Shown piece by piece: positions 44,775 through 54,080 of a stretch of 63,918 nucleotides of DNA (within the stretch, counting starts at the first letter, position 1; each line of letters begins with the position of its first letter). The notes below the pieces were generated by a model. The model was given only the letters and a program-made list of their open reading frames with translations, did no database searches and was not told the DNA's origin. Origin of the DNA: Phycisphaerales bacterium. GTDB lineage: Bacteria; Planctomycetota; Phycisphaerae; SM23-33. The position numbers and the translations under genes are program-made. The stretch spans positions 9,843 to 73,760 of the forward strand of contig DNAS01000072.1 of the NCBI GenBank assembly GCA_003485185.1, written 5' to 3'.

Positions 44775-44818
44775 CGCGCAGGCGAAGCCGGAAAGAGGAT
44801 CCGAAGGGAGTTTTGACG

Positions 44819-46228
44819 TCACGGCGCAAAGCGTTCGGGTTCAGCGTAGGGCTCGAACCGCGTGCACTCGCTGAGGAACGCCAGCTTGACGACGCCCGTC
44901 GGGCCGTTGCGCTGCTTCTCGACGATCAACTCCGTCATGTGCGTGGGCAGGTAGTCGTCTTCGCCGCGGTGGTAGTAGTCCTCGTTGTGCAGGAGCATGA
45001 CGACGTCGGCGTCCTGCTCGATGGAGCCGGATTCGCGCAGGTCGCTCATGCGCGGGCGGTGGGAGGGCCGGTCGGCCGGTCCGCGATTGAGCTGGGCGGC
45101 CGCGATCACCGGCACGTTCAGCTCGCGCGCCAGTGCCTTGATGCCGCGGGAAATTTCGGTGATCTGCTCCTGCCGGCTGTCTGCCCGCCCGGAGTAGCTC
45201 ATCAACTGGAGGTAGTCCAGGAAGATCGCCTTGATGTCGTATTGGGCCTTGAGTCGCCGCGCCTTCGCTCGCAGCTGGACGATCGTCAGCATCGGCGAAT
45301 CGTCGATGTAGAACGGCGCCTGCTCTAGGTCTCCGGCCGCCATCTGGAGTTTCGTCCAGTCCTCGGCCGAAATCATCCCCCGGCGCATCCGCTTGAGGTC
45401 GAACCGCGCGCTGGACGCCAGCAGCCTCTGGGCAAGCTGCTCCTTGGACATTTCCAGCGAAAAGAATGCCACTGGAACGCGATCGACGACGGCAACGTAT
45501 TCCGCCACGTTCAGCAGACAGCTGGTCTTTCCCATCGACGGGCGCGCGGCCAGGATGATCATGTCGCCGTTCTGGAAGCCCGCGGTCAGCTCGTCGAGTT
45601 GGTGATACCCGCTGGCCAAGCCGGTGATGAGCTGCCCGTCGGTTTCCTGGAGCGTCTCGAAGGTCTTGACCAGCAAGCCCTTGAGGTCGACCGCCTGCTG
45701 GCCGATCTGCGCCTGGGAGATGTGGAAAATTGTCTGCTCGGCGCGCTCGATGACGTCCTGGGCGTCGTCGTGGGTGTCGTAGGCCTCGCGGATCATCTCC
45801 GTGCCGGCGACGATCAACTCGCGAAGCATCGCCTTGTCGCGTACCGCGCGGGCGTAGAATTCGGCGTTGGCCGCGTCGGGCACGCCCTCGACCAGCGCCA
45901 CCAGGTACTCCACCCCGCCGACGCCCTCGAGCTGCTTGCGGCGCTCCAGCTCGTCGCGCAGCAGCACCAGGTCGATGGGGCGGCTGGCGTTCCGCATTTC
46001 CACCAGCGCCTGGTAGAGGGTCTGATGGGCGGGGCGGTAGAACATCTCCGGCTTGACGATCTGCACGACGATGTCGACTGCGGGGGCGTGGAGGATCATC
46101 GAGCCCAGGACGCAGGCTTCGGCCGCGATCGACTGCGGGGGCACGCGGGCGAGGTTGTCGCCGCCGGCGACGTACGCTCCCTCGGCGGCGCTCGCGGTGC
46201 GGTTCGAAGACGTGTTGAGTTGTGTCAC
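44819..46228 (-). CDS. dnaB: Replicative DNA helicase DnaB
   Basis: GTG start. ARPSMGKTS Walker A, IFLDYLQLM and the RESGSIEQDADVV motif. Confidence 0.95.
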   Translation of the reverse strand: MTQLNTSSNRTASAAEGAYVAGGDNLARVPPQSIAAEACVLGSMILHAPAVDIVVQIVKPEMFYRPAHQTLYQALVEMRNASRPIDLVLLRDELERRKQLEGVGGVEYLVALVEGVPDAANAEFYARAVRDKAMLRELIVAGTEMIREAYDTHDDAQDVIERAEQTIFHISQAQIGQQAVDLKGLLVKTFETLQETDGQLITGLASGYHQLDELTAGFQNGDMIILAARPSMGKTSCLLNVAEYVAVVDRVPVAFFSLEMSKEQLAQRLLASSARFDLKRMRRGMISAEDWTKLQMAAGDLEQAPFYIDDSPMLTIVQLRAKARRLKAQYDIKAIFLDYLQLMSYSGRADSRQEQITEISRGIKALARELNVPVIAAAQLNRGPADRPSHRPRMSDLRESGSIEQDADVVMLLHNEDYYHRGEDDYLPTHMTELIVEKQRNGPTGVVKLAFLSECTRFEPYAEPERFAP

Positions 46229-46311
46229 CTTCCCTGGCTCCCTCGCGGGCCGCTGCCCGGGCCGGAATCATTCCCGTGCCGGATCCGTGCCTTGTCCGGC
46301 GGTGGGGGTTG

Positions 46312-46339
46312 ATTATACCCCGCCGAACCGGGAAAGCAA
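46312..46339 (-). promoter_or_regulatory. Candidate promoter TTGCTT-N16-TATAAT upstream of dnaB
   Basis: Minus-strand TATAAT at 46312-46317 and TTGCTT at 46334-46339. Confidence 0.45.
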
Positions 46340-46397
46340 ACAGCAAGCTCCGCCTTCTCCCGCGCGGCGCGGTCGCCCGGCCCGGCCGCAAACGCAG

Positions 46398-46427
46398 GAG
46401 GCATGGCCAGTTGGCTGACCATGCCTC
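46398..46427 (-). terminator. Strong hairpin downstream of rplI (possible terminator/attenuator)
   Basis: Sequence is gaggcatggccag-ttgg-ctgaccatgcctc (13-bp stem, one mismatch). Only a weak U-tract follows (CTGCGTTTG). Confidence 0.45.
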
Positions 46428-46484
46428 ATGGAAGGCGAAAAACAATTTTGCGGCCACGCGAATTCCGCCGCGCGGCGCGGGGGA

Positions 46485-47000
46485 TTACTGCGTGTCTTCG
46501 TCGGCGGAAGTCTCAGGTTCCTGGGCTTCCTCGGCCGGGGCCTCTTCGCCCGGTTCGCGGATGGGCACGATCCAGACGTGGATCGTCGCGGTGACCTCTT
46601 CGCCGAAGTCGAGGGTCACGTCGTACTTGTCCAATTGGCGGATGGGCTCGCGCAGCTGGACGGTCTCGGGCTCGACGAACGCGCCTGCCTCGGCCAGGAC
46701 GGCGGCGATCTGCGCCGGTCCGACCGACCCGTACAGGTGGCCTTCCTCGTTGGCGCGGGCGGAGATGGTGATCTCCTTCCCGTCGACGAGCTGGGCTTTG
46801 GCCTGGAGCTGGGCGCGCTCCTTGGCGAGCTGTTCGAGGTAGGCGGCCTTTTCGGCCTCGACGCGCTTGACGTTGGCCTCGGTGGGCTCAGTGGCCAGCC
46901 CCTGGGGCAGCAGGTAGTTCCTCGCGTAACCCGGCTTGACGTTGACGACCTCGCCGATCTTGCCGAGTTTCGAGACGTTTTTTCGAAGCAGAACCTTCAT
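46485..47000 (-). CDS. rplI: 50S ribosomal protein L9
   Basis: MKVLLRKNVSKLGKIGEVVNVKPGYARNYLLPQGLA. Confidence 0.95.
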   Translation of the reverse strand: MKVLLRKNVSKLGKIGEVVNVKPGYARNYLLPQGLATEPTEANVKRVEAEKAAYLEQLAKERAQLQAKAQLVDGKEITISARANEEGHLYGSVGPAQIAAVLAEAGAFVEPETVQLREPIRQLDKYDVTLDFGEEVTATIHVWIVPIREPGEEAPAEEAQEPETSADEDTQ

Positions 47001-47034
47001 TGCGAATGTCCTCGTCGTTGGGGGTTGCGTTGGG

Positions 47035-47298
47035 CTAGCCGACGTACGGCATCAGGGCCAGGAACCGGGCCCGCTTGACGGCCAGCTTCACGCTCCGCTG
47101 GTGCCGGGCGCAGTTACCGCTGCGCTTGCGGGAGAACATCTTTCCCTGCTGGGTGGTCAGCTTGCTGAGGGTGGCGATGTCCTTGTAGTCGATTTCGCCG
47201 ACCTTGTCGCGGCAGAAGCGGCACTTCGCCTGCTCGTGGAAGCGGGCCTTGCGCTTGGGCCTCGACGTCTTGCTCGGTTTTCTCATCATTCTCGCCAT
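47035..47298 (-). CDS. rpsR: 30S ribosomal protein S18
   Basis: CRFCRDKVGEIDYKD...RHQRSVKLAVKRARFLALMPY. Confidence 0.95.
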   Translation of the reverse strand: MARMMRKPSKTSRPKRKARFHEQAKCRFCRDKVGEIDYKDIATLSKLTTQQGKMFSRKRSGNCARHQRSVKLAVKRARFLALMPYVG

Positions 47299-47368
47299 GC
47301 GACTGTTTCCTTCCTGCTGCGCCTTGGGATGTCTTGCTCTCTTGGCTTGGCGTCACGCGCCAGGCCGG

Positions 47369-47833
47369 TCAGAACGGGATGTCTTCCCCGCCGCTGTCTT
47401 CGGGGGGCGGCGGGGCCGTGTCGTCGTTGTACGCGGGCTGGGCCTGCTGCTGCGGGGCGGGCGACTGGCGACGCTGCGGGGGCGCGCCCTGTCCGCCGCC
47501 CGGCGCGCCGCCGAGAAACTGGAACCGCTCCACGATCACGCGGTGCCGGCTGTGCTTGCTTCCGTCCTTGCCTTCCCACGTGTCCAGCTGGAGGCGACCT
47601 TCCACCAGGATCGGACGCCCCTTGGCCATGTACTGGTTGACCGTCTCGGCCTGCTTTCCGTAGACGCGGCAGTCGATGAACATCGTGTCCTCGCGCTGCT
47701 CGCCCGACTGGTCGCGCCACCGGCGGTTGACCGCCAGGCCGAACTCCGTGACGGCCGTCTGACTGGGCAGATAGCTCATCTGCGGGTCGCGCGTCAGGTT
47801 GCCGACCAGGATCACCTTGTTGTAGTTGGCCAT
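47369..47833 (-). CDS. ssb: Single-stranded DNA-binding protein
   Basis: OB fold NKVILVGNLTRDPQ, a Gly/Pro/Gln-rich linker and a C-terminal DIPF tip. Confidence 0.95.
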   Translation of the reverse strand: MANYNKVILVGNLTRDPQMSYLPSQTAVTEFGLAVNRRWRDQSGEQREDTMFIDCRVYGKQAETVNQYMAKGRPILVEGRLQLDTWEGKDGSKHSRHRVIVERFQFLGGAPGGGQGAPPQRRQSPAPQQQAQPAYNDDTAPPPPEDSGGEDIPF

Positions 47834-47884
47834 GTCCGGTCCTCCCTGTGCTGGGGGTAACGCCCCTGCCGGTGCGGCGCGGGG

Positions 47885-48331
47885 CTAGTCCTTGTCCGAA
47901 TCCGCGTCGTTGTTGTTGGACGAATCGTCGCCGTTGTCGCGGGAGGGGCGCTCGTCACCCGCGCGCTCGGTCTCGCCCTCGGCAGGACGGCGGGTCGTCG
48001 AGGTCGCGGGCGTCTCGGCCTGGAGTTCCTGGTCGGTCAACTGGTCCCGGCGGAGGATCAGCACCCGCACCACGCGCTCGTCGAGCTGGCAATCGTGCTC
48101 GATCTCCACGATGCGCAACGGGTCGGACTTGAAATAGACCAGGACATACAAGCCGCGCTTGCGCCGACCGATCTCGTAGGCGAGTTTCCGCTCGTCCCAC
48201 GGTTTGATCGCGAGGATTTCCACCTGGTTGCGGCTCAGGATGGTCTGGACCGGTTCGCAAGCCGCCTGGAAGTCCGGGTTGCCCGCGTCCAGGAGGAACA
48301 TGCCTTCATACGTTTTCGTCGTCTGTGCCAT
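47885..48331 (-). CDS. rpsF: 30S ribosomal protein S6 (with acidic C-terminal tail)
   Basis: YEGMFLLD...WDERKLAYEI. Position rpsF-ssb-rpsR-rplI. Confidence 0.93.
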   Translation of the reverse strand: MAQTTKTYEGMFLLDAGNPDFQAACEPVQTILSRNQVEILAIKPWDERKLAYEIGRRKRGLYVLVYFKSDPLRIVEIEHDCQLDERVVRVLILRRDQLTDQELQAETPATSTTRRPAEGETERAGDERPSRDNGDDSSNNNDADSDKD

Positions 48332-48425
48332 TTTCCACTTCCGTCTTAGGAGCCTGTGTGAAAACAGTCCCGATGTCAGCGTCTCGTCTGTCGCCCAGGC
48401 CGGCCGATCCCGTCCGGGGCGACGC

Positions 48426-49037
48426 CTACTCGTCCGTCTTCCGGTTGTACTTCGCCATGGCGGAGTCGATCCCGCCGAACAGCCAATCCTCGACCGCGTC
48501 GGCCGCTACCCGGATCGCGACGTCGATCGCGTCCTGCTCGTCGGGCCCGAAGCGTCCCAGCACGTAATCCGCCGGGTCCATCTGCGCCGGAGCGGCGCCG
48601 ATCCCGATCCGCAACCGGGCGACCCGCGTCGTGCCCACGACCCGCAGCACGTCGTCCAGGCCGTTGTGCCCGCCGGCGGAGCCTTCCGCCCGCAGCCGCA
48701 ATCGCCCCGGTGGCAAGGCCAGATCGTCCAGCACCACCAGCAACTCGTCCGGCGCGCCCTTGTAAAAATCCAGCATCGCCCGGACGGACCGGCCCGAGCA
48801 GTTCATGTACGTCTGCGGCGCCAGCAACATCACCCGCTGCGCCTCCGCGCCCGGCCGGCTGACCCGTCCGTCGATCAGCAAACCCTCGAAGGCCGCACGG
48901 GGCTCGCCCATCCGCCAGAGCTCCCGCAGGACGTCCAGCACACGGAAACCCACGTTGTGCCGCGTCCGAGCGTATCGTGTGCCAGGATTTCCCAGTCCCA
49001 CGACGAACTTCGTTGTGTCTGCGGCTTGGTGCGCCAT
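48426..49037 (-). CDS. pth: Peptidyl-tRNA hydrolase
   Basis: VVGLGNPGTRYARTRHNVGF, GGHNGL. Confidence 0.95.
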   Translation of the reverse strand: MAHQAADTTKFVVGLGNPGTRYARTRHNVGFRVLDVLRELWRMGEPRAAFEGLLIDGRVSRPGAEAQRVMLLAPQTYMNCSGRSVRAMLDFYKGAPDELLVVLDDLALPPGRLRLRAEGSAGGHNGLDDVLRVVGTTRVARLRIGIGAAPAQMDPADYVLGRFGPDEQDAIDVAIRVAADAVEDWLFGGIDSAMAKYNRKTDE

Positions 49038-49058
49038 CGTATCCGCCGGCGGGCGAGG

Positions 49059-49715
49059 CTACTTCTTCTCGCCTTCCTCGGCGCCTTCCTCGGCCTCTTC
49101 TTCCTTCTTCTCGCCGATGACTTCGGGCTCGGCCGCTTCCTCGCCCTCGACGGCTTCCGCGGCGACTTCTTCTTCCGCCACCACCGTCACGGTGCACAGC
49201 ACCGCGTCCGGATCGCTCAGGAGCGTCGCGCCTTCCGGCAGGGGGATGTCCTTCAGGTGCAGCATGTCGTCCACCTTCATCGCGCCGACGGGCACGACGA
49301 TCTCTTCCGGAATCGACGTCACGAGGCACTCGATCTCGATGTCGCTGGTCACCTGGTTGAGCACGCCGCCCTCGGCCGCGCCCGCGGGTGTGCCGCGCAG
49401 GACCACATGCACGGTCACTTCCACGCGCTCGTCGAGGCTCACGCGCGCCAGGTCCACGTGCAGCACCTCGTGCCCGAACGTGTCATACTGCACTTCCTTG
49501 ATGAGCACGTTTTCGACCTGCCCGTCGAGGTCCAGCTCCAGCACGCGCTCGCCATGCAGGATCGCCAGCTCCATCTCGTGTTCGCTGAGGGTGATGGGAA
49601 CCGGCTCCTGCCCGTGCCCGTACACGATGCCCGGGATGCTCCCCGTCTGGCGGATCTTCTTCGCCCCGCGGGTGCCGATCTGCGTTCGCCTGGTTGCCTT
49701 CAGCACTGCTGCCAT
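49059..49715 (-). CDS. rplY: 50S ribosomal protein L25/general stress protein Ctc
   Basis: RGAKKIRQTGSIPGIVYGHG and a long acidic C-terminal tail. Confidence 0.9.
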   Translation of the reverse strand: MAAVLKATRRTQIGTRGAKKIRQTGSIPGIVYGHGQEPVPITLSEHEMELAILHGERVLELDLDGQVENVLIKEVQYDTFGHEVLHVDLARVSLDERVEVTVHVVLRGTPAGAAEGGVLNQVTSDIEIECLVTSIPEEIVVPVGAMKVDDMLHLKDIPLPEGATLLSDPDAVLCTVTVVAEEEVAAEAVEGEEAAEPEVIGEKKEEEAEEGAEEGEKK

Positions 49716-49775
49716 CTTCGTTCTCCAGTGATTCGTCCTACGCCCGCCGACGCGGCGCCGGGCCGCGAAACAGGG

Positions 49776-50735
49776 CTAGACCGTTCCGTTTTCCTTCAGA
49801 AACAGGCTGCTTACCGACTCGTCGTTGTGAATCCGGTGGATCGCCTCTCCGATGAGTTCGGCCACCGACAGGATGCGGAGGTTTCCGAGGGCCTTGGCCT
49901 TGTCCGGCGCGACGGGAATCGTGTCCGTCACCGTCAGCTCGTCGATGGGCGCCTCGCGGATGCGATCGATCGCCGGCCCGCAGAGCACCGCGTGCGTCGC
50001 CCCGACCAGCACCCTCGCGGCCCCGAGCTCCTTGCACAGGCGGGCGGCGCTGCAGATCGTGCCTGCCGTCGAAATCATGTCGTCCATCATCAGCACCGTC
50101 TTGTCCTTGACGCTGCCGATGAGCGTGCCCACCTCGATCTCTTTGCCGCTGATCCGCCGCTTGTGGATGATCGCCAGCTCGCCCCCCAGGCGGTTGGCGT
50201 AGACCCGCGCCCGCTTGACGTTCCCCACGTCCGGGCTGACCAGCACCAGGTCCTTGAGGTTCAGGCCCGTGAAGTAGCGGCTCAGGACCGGCTCGGCGGC
50301 AAGGTTGTCCACCGGGATATCGAAGAATCCCTGGATCTGGGCGGCGTGCAGGTCCATCGTCAGTACGCGGTCGGCGCCGGCCGTCGCAATCAGGTTCGCC
50401 ACCAGCTTGGCGGTGATCGGCACGCGCCCCTCGTCCTTGCGGTCCTGGCGGGCGTATCCGAAGTAGGGCAGGACGACGGTGATGCGTTCGGCCGACGCCC
50501 GGCGGGCGCAGTCGATGAAGATCAGCAGCTCCGCGAGGCTTTCGTTCACCGGCGCGCACGTCGACTGGATGATGAACGTGTCCCGCCCGCGGACGTCCTC
50601 TTCCAGCTTCACCAGCAGCTCGCCGTCGGGGAACGACTGGATTTTCACCTGCCCCAGGGCGATGCCCAGGTAGTCGCTGATTTTCTGCGCCAGCTGCGGA
50701 TTGGCGCGCCCGGCGAATATCTTGAGGTTCGTCAT
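49776..50735 (-). CDS. prs: Ribose-phosphate pyrophosphokinase
   Basis: LKIFAGRANPQLAQKI, DLHAAQIQGFF, VLMMDDMISTAGT. Confidence 0.95.
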   Translation of the reverse strand: MTNLKIFAGRANPQLAQKISDYLGIALGQVKIQSFPDGELLVKLEEDVRGRDTFIIQSTCAPVNESLAELLIFIDCARRASAERITVVLPYFGYARQDRKDEGRVPITAKLVANLIATAGADRVLTMDLHAAQIQGFFDIPVDNLAAEPVLSRYFTGLNLKDLVLVSPDVGNVKRARVYANRLGGELAIIHKRRISGKEIEVGTLIGSVKDKTVLMMDDMISTAGTICSAARLCKELGAARVLVGATHAVLCGPAIDRIREAPIDELTVTDTIPVAPDKAKALGNLRILSVAELIGEAIHRIHNDESVSSLFLKENGTV

Positions 50736-51490
50736 GCCTGTTCTCCCGCGGTTTGGCGTTTCGAGAGGATGCGGCTGACTTCCTGGAGCTCGTCGAGGGT
50801 GTTGATGCTGAGCACTTCGTCGGCCGGGACGGCCGGAACGGCGGCGAGTTTCTTTCCCTGCTTGCGAAGCACGGCCAGCGTGTCGGTCAGGTAGTACTCG
50901 CCCTTGGCGTTTCGGTTGTCGATGCGGGTCAGCGCCTCGCGGAGATCGGCGGCTTCGTAGCAGTAGACCGAGACGTTGACCTCGCGGATGTCGCGCTGGG
51001 CTTTCGTGGCGTCGATGGCTTCGACGATCCCCGTCAGTTCGCCGGCGGCGTCGCGGAGGATTCGCCCGTAGCTGCCGGGCTCGGGCAGGATGCAGGTGGC
51101 CAGGGTGCAGCTGGCGCGCTGAGCGCGGTCGGTTTCCAGGAGGGTGCGAAGGGTCTTGCCTCGCAGCAGAGGCCCGTCGCCGGCGACGACGAGCACCGGA
51201 CCGGACAGGCGGGCGAGTTCGTCGCGGCAGACCATGACGGCGTGTCCGGTGCCCAGTTGCTCGGTCTGCTCGACCCAGGCGACGTCGCGACTGTCGTCGG
51301 CGAACGCCCGGCGGACCAGCTCGGCCTTGTGCCCGATGACCACGATCAGGCGGTCGCAGCCGGCCTGTCGGCAGGCATCCATGACGTACGCCAGCATCGG
51401 CCGGCCGAGGATCTCATGCATGACCTTCGGCAGGTCCGATTTCATCCGCGTGCCTTTGCCCGCGGCCAGGATGATGGCGGTCGTGCTCAT
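50732..51490 (-). CDS. GlmU-like N-terminal nucleotidyltransferase (uridyltransferase) domain only; no LbH acetyltransferase domain
   Basis: 252 aa. ILAAGKGTRMKSDLPKVMH, QLGTGHA, NAKGEYYLTD. The TGA overlaps the prs ATG (ATGA). Confidence 0.8.
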   Translation of the reverse strand: MSTTAIILAAGKGTRMKSDLPKVMHEILGRPMLAYVMDACRQAGCDRLIVVIGHKAELVRRAFADDSRDVAWVEQTEQLGTGHAVMVCRDELARLSGPVLVVAGDGPLLRGKTLRTLLETDRAQRASCTLATCILPEPGSYGRILRDAAGELTGIVEAIDATKAQRDIREVNVSVYCYEAADLREALTRIDNRNAKGEYYLTDTLAVLRKQGKKLAAVPAVPADEVLSINTLDELQEVSRILSKRQTAGEQA

Positions 51491-51513
51491 GGATGCCTGT
51501 GGACTGTCAATTT

Positions 51514-51585
51514 CTACCCGGCCAGGACTCGAACCTGGAATAGAAGGACCAAAACCTTCTGTGTTACCAATTACACCACCGGGTA
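51514..51585 (-). tRNA. tRNA-Gln (anticodon UUG)
   Basis: 72-nt cloverleaf folded by hand: acceptor TACCCGG/CCGGGTA (U1-A72, G73), D arm GTGT-AATTGGTA-ACAC, anticodon arm GAAGG-TTTTGGT-CCTTC, T arm CCAGG-TTCGAGT-CCTGG. CCA is not encoded. Confidence 0.9.
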
Positions 51586-51771
51586 AGCGTTGGTTTTGAA
51601 CTTAGCCCGGGCGGACGACATCGGCGTCTTACGGCGTCGGCCTGGGCATACGTGTCGCGGCGGGGGTTCGTCCGGAAGCCTGAGCAAGCGGCCGCGACCT
51701 GGCTTGCCCATTCCCCGCTGCTTCCGGGGTCGCTCCGTGCGGACGAAAGACGCCAAGTACCAAGACGAGGG

Positions 51772-51800
51772 AGCATACACGCCTTTACGGGGGCTGTCAA
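51772..51800 (-). promoter_or_regulatory. Candidate promoter TTGACA-N17-TATGCT, about 180 nt upstream of tRNA-Gln
   Basis: The minus strand reads ttgaca-gcccccgtaaaggcgtg-tatgct. Confidence 0.5.
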
Positions 51801-52006
51801 CGAGGCAAATGGGTCTTTTTTCGCCGTTCCGCCACGCGGGGCAAAGATAGCCTTGGGGCGTGAGTGGGGTTGCGGATACAATAGCCCCCCGTGTCCGCGG
51901 GCGAAGTTTTGCGGTGCGTTCGCGGGACGAATGGGTATAATCGCGATCTTTTCCGCGCCCCCGGGCGACCGGCCGGGCGCGAGTGATATGCGGATCGGAG
52001 ACGGTT

Positions 52007-53452
52007 TTGCGAATCCTGCTGGTTCAGCCGGAATACCTGTCGGAAGGGATCGGCTTTCGCTTGGCGGCGATGCCGGAGCCTCTGCACTTGGAGATGGCTG
52101 CCGCCGTCGTGCCGGATCACGAGCTCCGCATCCTGGACATGCGCCTGGATGGCGGGCTGAACCGGGCGCTCCGGGAGTTCCAGCCGGACCTGGTGGCCGT
52201 GACCGCCCTGACGGTCGAGGTCTACTCCGCCCGCGACGTCGCCCGGCAGGTCAAGGCCCACAGCGCGGACATCTTCACCGTCGTCGGGGGCCACCACGCC
52301 ACGCTCATGCCGGAAGACTTCTATATTCCCGAGGTCAACGCCGTGGCGCTGGGCGAGGCGGAAATCGTCTTTCCGGCCCTGATCGGCGCAGTGGCCGACG
52401 GGCGGGGCCTGAAGTCCGTGCCCAACCTCATCTGGCAGGACGCCGATGGCAGGTTCGTTCGCAACGCCGAAAGCCGCGACAAGGTGGACATGGACTCGCT
52501 GCCGATTCCCCGGCGCGACCTGACGGCCGACTACCGCGACGAGTATTTCTTCCTGTTCGACAAGCCCGACACCTCCGTGGCGACGGGGCGGGGCTGCCCG
52601 TATCGCTGCAACTTCTGCAGCGTCTGGCAGTTCTACCGCGGGCGGACCGCCCAGATGTCGCCCGAGCGGGTGCTGACCGAGCTGAAATTCGTCGGCACCG
52701 ACCACGTGACGTTCGTGGACGACAATTTCCTGATGAACAACCGGCGGGAAAACGCCATCGCCGACTTGATCCGCGCCGAAGGGATCCAGATGCGGTTCTC
52801 GATGGAGTGCCGCACCGACTCGATCGCGCGGCATCCGGAGCTGGTGGAGAAGTGGCGGGACATCGGCCTGTACGCCGTGTTGCTGGGCCTGGAGGGCGCC
52901 AGCGACAAGACGCTCAAGAGCGTCAACAAGTCCAACACCGCCAAGATCAACGACGAGGCGCTCCGCGTCCTCCGCGACAACGGGATCATCATCTGGGGCG
53001 CGTTCATCGTGGACCCGGACTGGACGGAGGACGACTTCAAGCAGCTCCGCGACTACGTCAACCGCCAGGAAATCACGCACACGCAGTTCACGATCCTCAC
53101 CCCGCTGCCCGGCACGGTGCTGTACCGCGAGAAATTCGCCGACCTGCTGACGTACGACTACCTGTGCTTCGACACGATGCACGCGGTGCTGCCGACGCGC
53201 CTTCCGCGCGACGTGTTCTACCAGCAGTTCGCCAACCTCTACCGCCAGACCGACCTGGGCCCGTACTACGACCTGGTGCGGGAAGGCAAGCTGACGATCG
53301 ACGACGTCAAGCGGGGCAAGGGCATGCTGGACGCGATGACGCACTGGGAGCGGTTCCTGGACAAGGATCCGGTCCTGGGCCGCTGCCGCGACAAGTCCGA
53401 GGCGCTGCCCGGCGCGCTGAACGCCGGACGGGCGCTGCCCGCCACCAAGTAG
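52007..53452 (+). CDS. B12-binding-domain radical SAM enzyme (class B)
   Basis: LRILLVQPE...VGGHHAT B12-binding Rossmann region and GRGCPYRCNFCSVW (CX3CX2C). I prefer TTG 52007 (GGAG 6 nt upstream); the ORF track starts at GTG 51983. Confidence 0.85.
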   Translation: MRILLVQPEYLSEGIGFRLAAMPEPLHLEMAAAVVPDHELRILDMRLDGGLNRALREFQPDLVAVTALTVEVYSARDVARQVKAHSADIFTVVGGHHATLMPEDFYIPEVNAVALGEAEIVFPALIGAVADGRGLKSVPNLIWQDADGRFVRNAESRDKVDMDSLPIPRRDLTADYRDEYFFLFDKPDTSVATGRGCPYRCNFCSVWQFYRGRTAQMSPERVLTELKFVGTDHVTFVDDNFLMNNRRENAIADLIRAEGIQMRFSMECRTDSIARHPELVEKWRDIGLYAVLLGLEGASDKTLKSVNKSNTAKINDEALRVLRDNGIIIWGAFIVDPDWTEDDFKQLRDYVNRQEITHTQFTILTPLPGTVLYREKFADLLTYDYLCFDTMHAVLPTRLPRDVFYQQFANLYRQTDLGPYYDLVREGKLTIDDVKRGKGMLDAMTHWERFLDKDPVLGRCRDKSEALPGALNAGRALPATK

Positions 53453-53496
53453 CCCCCTGTTTTGGGTACGCCTCGATTCCCACAAGACAATCGGCA

Positions 53497-53568
53497 GGGA
53501 TGAACAGGGATAAACGCGGATAAGAATGGTTGTGAAAACCAGTAATCCGCGTGCATCCGCGTTCATCC
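53497..53568. repeat. Imperfect palindrome built from GGATGAAC/GCGGAT words (family F)
   Basis: Sequence is gggatgaacagggataaacgcggat ... atccgcgtgcatccgcgttcatcc. Confidence 0.7.
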
Positions 53569-53699
53569 TTGCGAAGTTTCTTGTTCTCAGACTCCAGTCC
53601 TGGAATCCCCTGACGGGAAACGCCTTGCCTGCGCGCCGCAGCGCGGTATGCTGAGAGCCGAACGCGGGCTCGCGCTCGCCCATTTCCGGGAGCCCGGCC

Positions 53700-54080
53700 A
53701 TGTGGGAAATCGTCCGCACGCTGAACCGCGTCGTCGTGGGCTGCTGCCAACTGCTGGCGATGCTCGTCATCTCGATCGGGATCGTCAAATCGCTCCTGTT
53801 CTATGCCAAGGACGCCTTCACGCGCGCCCGCTCGTCCGACGCCATCCGGGAAAGCCGCCTGGAGCTGGGACATTCGTTCTCGCTGGGCCTGGGCTTCCTG
53901 ATCGGGGCGAGCATCCTGAACACCACCATCGCCCCGACCTGGCAGGACATCGGGCAACTCGCCGCGATCATTGCCATCCGTACGTTCCTGAACTACTTCC
54001 TCATGCTCGACATCTCGCGCGACGCGAAGGATTCCTGCGCCGAGAAGGGCGGGAAATCCGCCCGGTCGGAAAAGGACTGA
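53700..54080 (+). CDS. DUF1622 family membrane protein
   Basis: 126 aa. LELGHSFSLGLGFLIGASIL...IAIRTFLNYFL pattern. Confidence 0.75.
   Translation: MWEIVRTLNRVVVGCCQLLAMLVISIGIVKSLLFYAKDAFTRARSSDAIRESRLELGHSFSLGLGFLIGASILNTTIAPTWQDIGQLAAIIAIRTFLNYFLMLDISRDAKDSCAEKGGKSARSEKD

Noticed and set aside
48204-50894. 896-codon plus-strand ORF across the pth-ctc-prs region; likewise 51797-53788 (-), 60405-62726 (-) and 41692-42225 (+)
   Set aside because: All are antisense or out of frame relative to genes with unmistakable signatures (Pth, L25, Prs, radical SAM enzymes, YbeY), and all have shadow-ORF composition.
51700-51740. SRP-RNA-like CCCCGGAAGCAGCGGGG (minus strand) in the tRNA-Gln leader
   Set aside because: It resembles the GGAA/AGCA words of SRP helix 8 only superficially. 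The flanking pairing required for the symmetric and asymmetric loops is absent.
51841-51982. Cobalamin riboswitch upstream of the B12-binding radical SAM gene
   Set aside because: No B12-box-like sequence (GCCACUG context) or the usual multi-stem GC-rich architecture could be found. The region instead holds TACAAT/TATAAT promoter-like hexamers.
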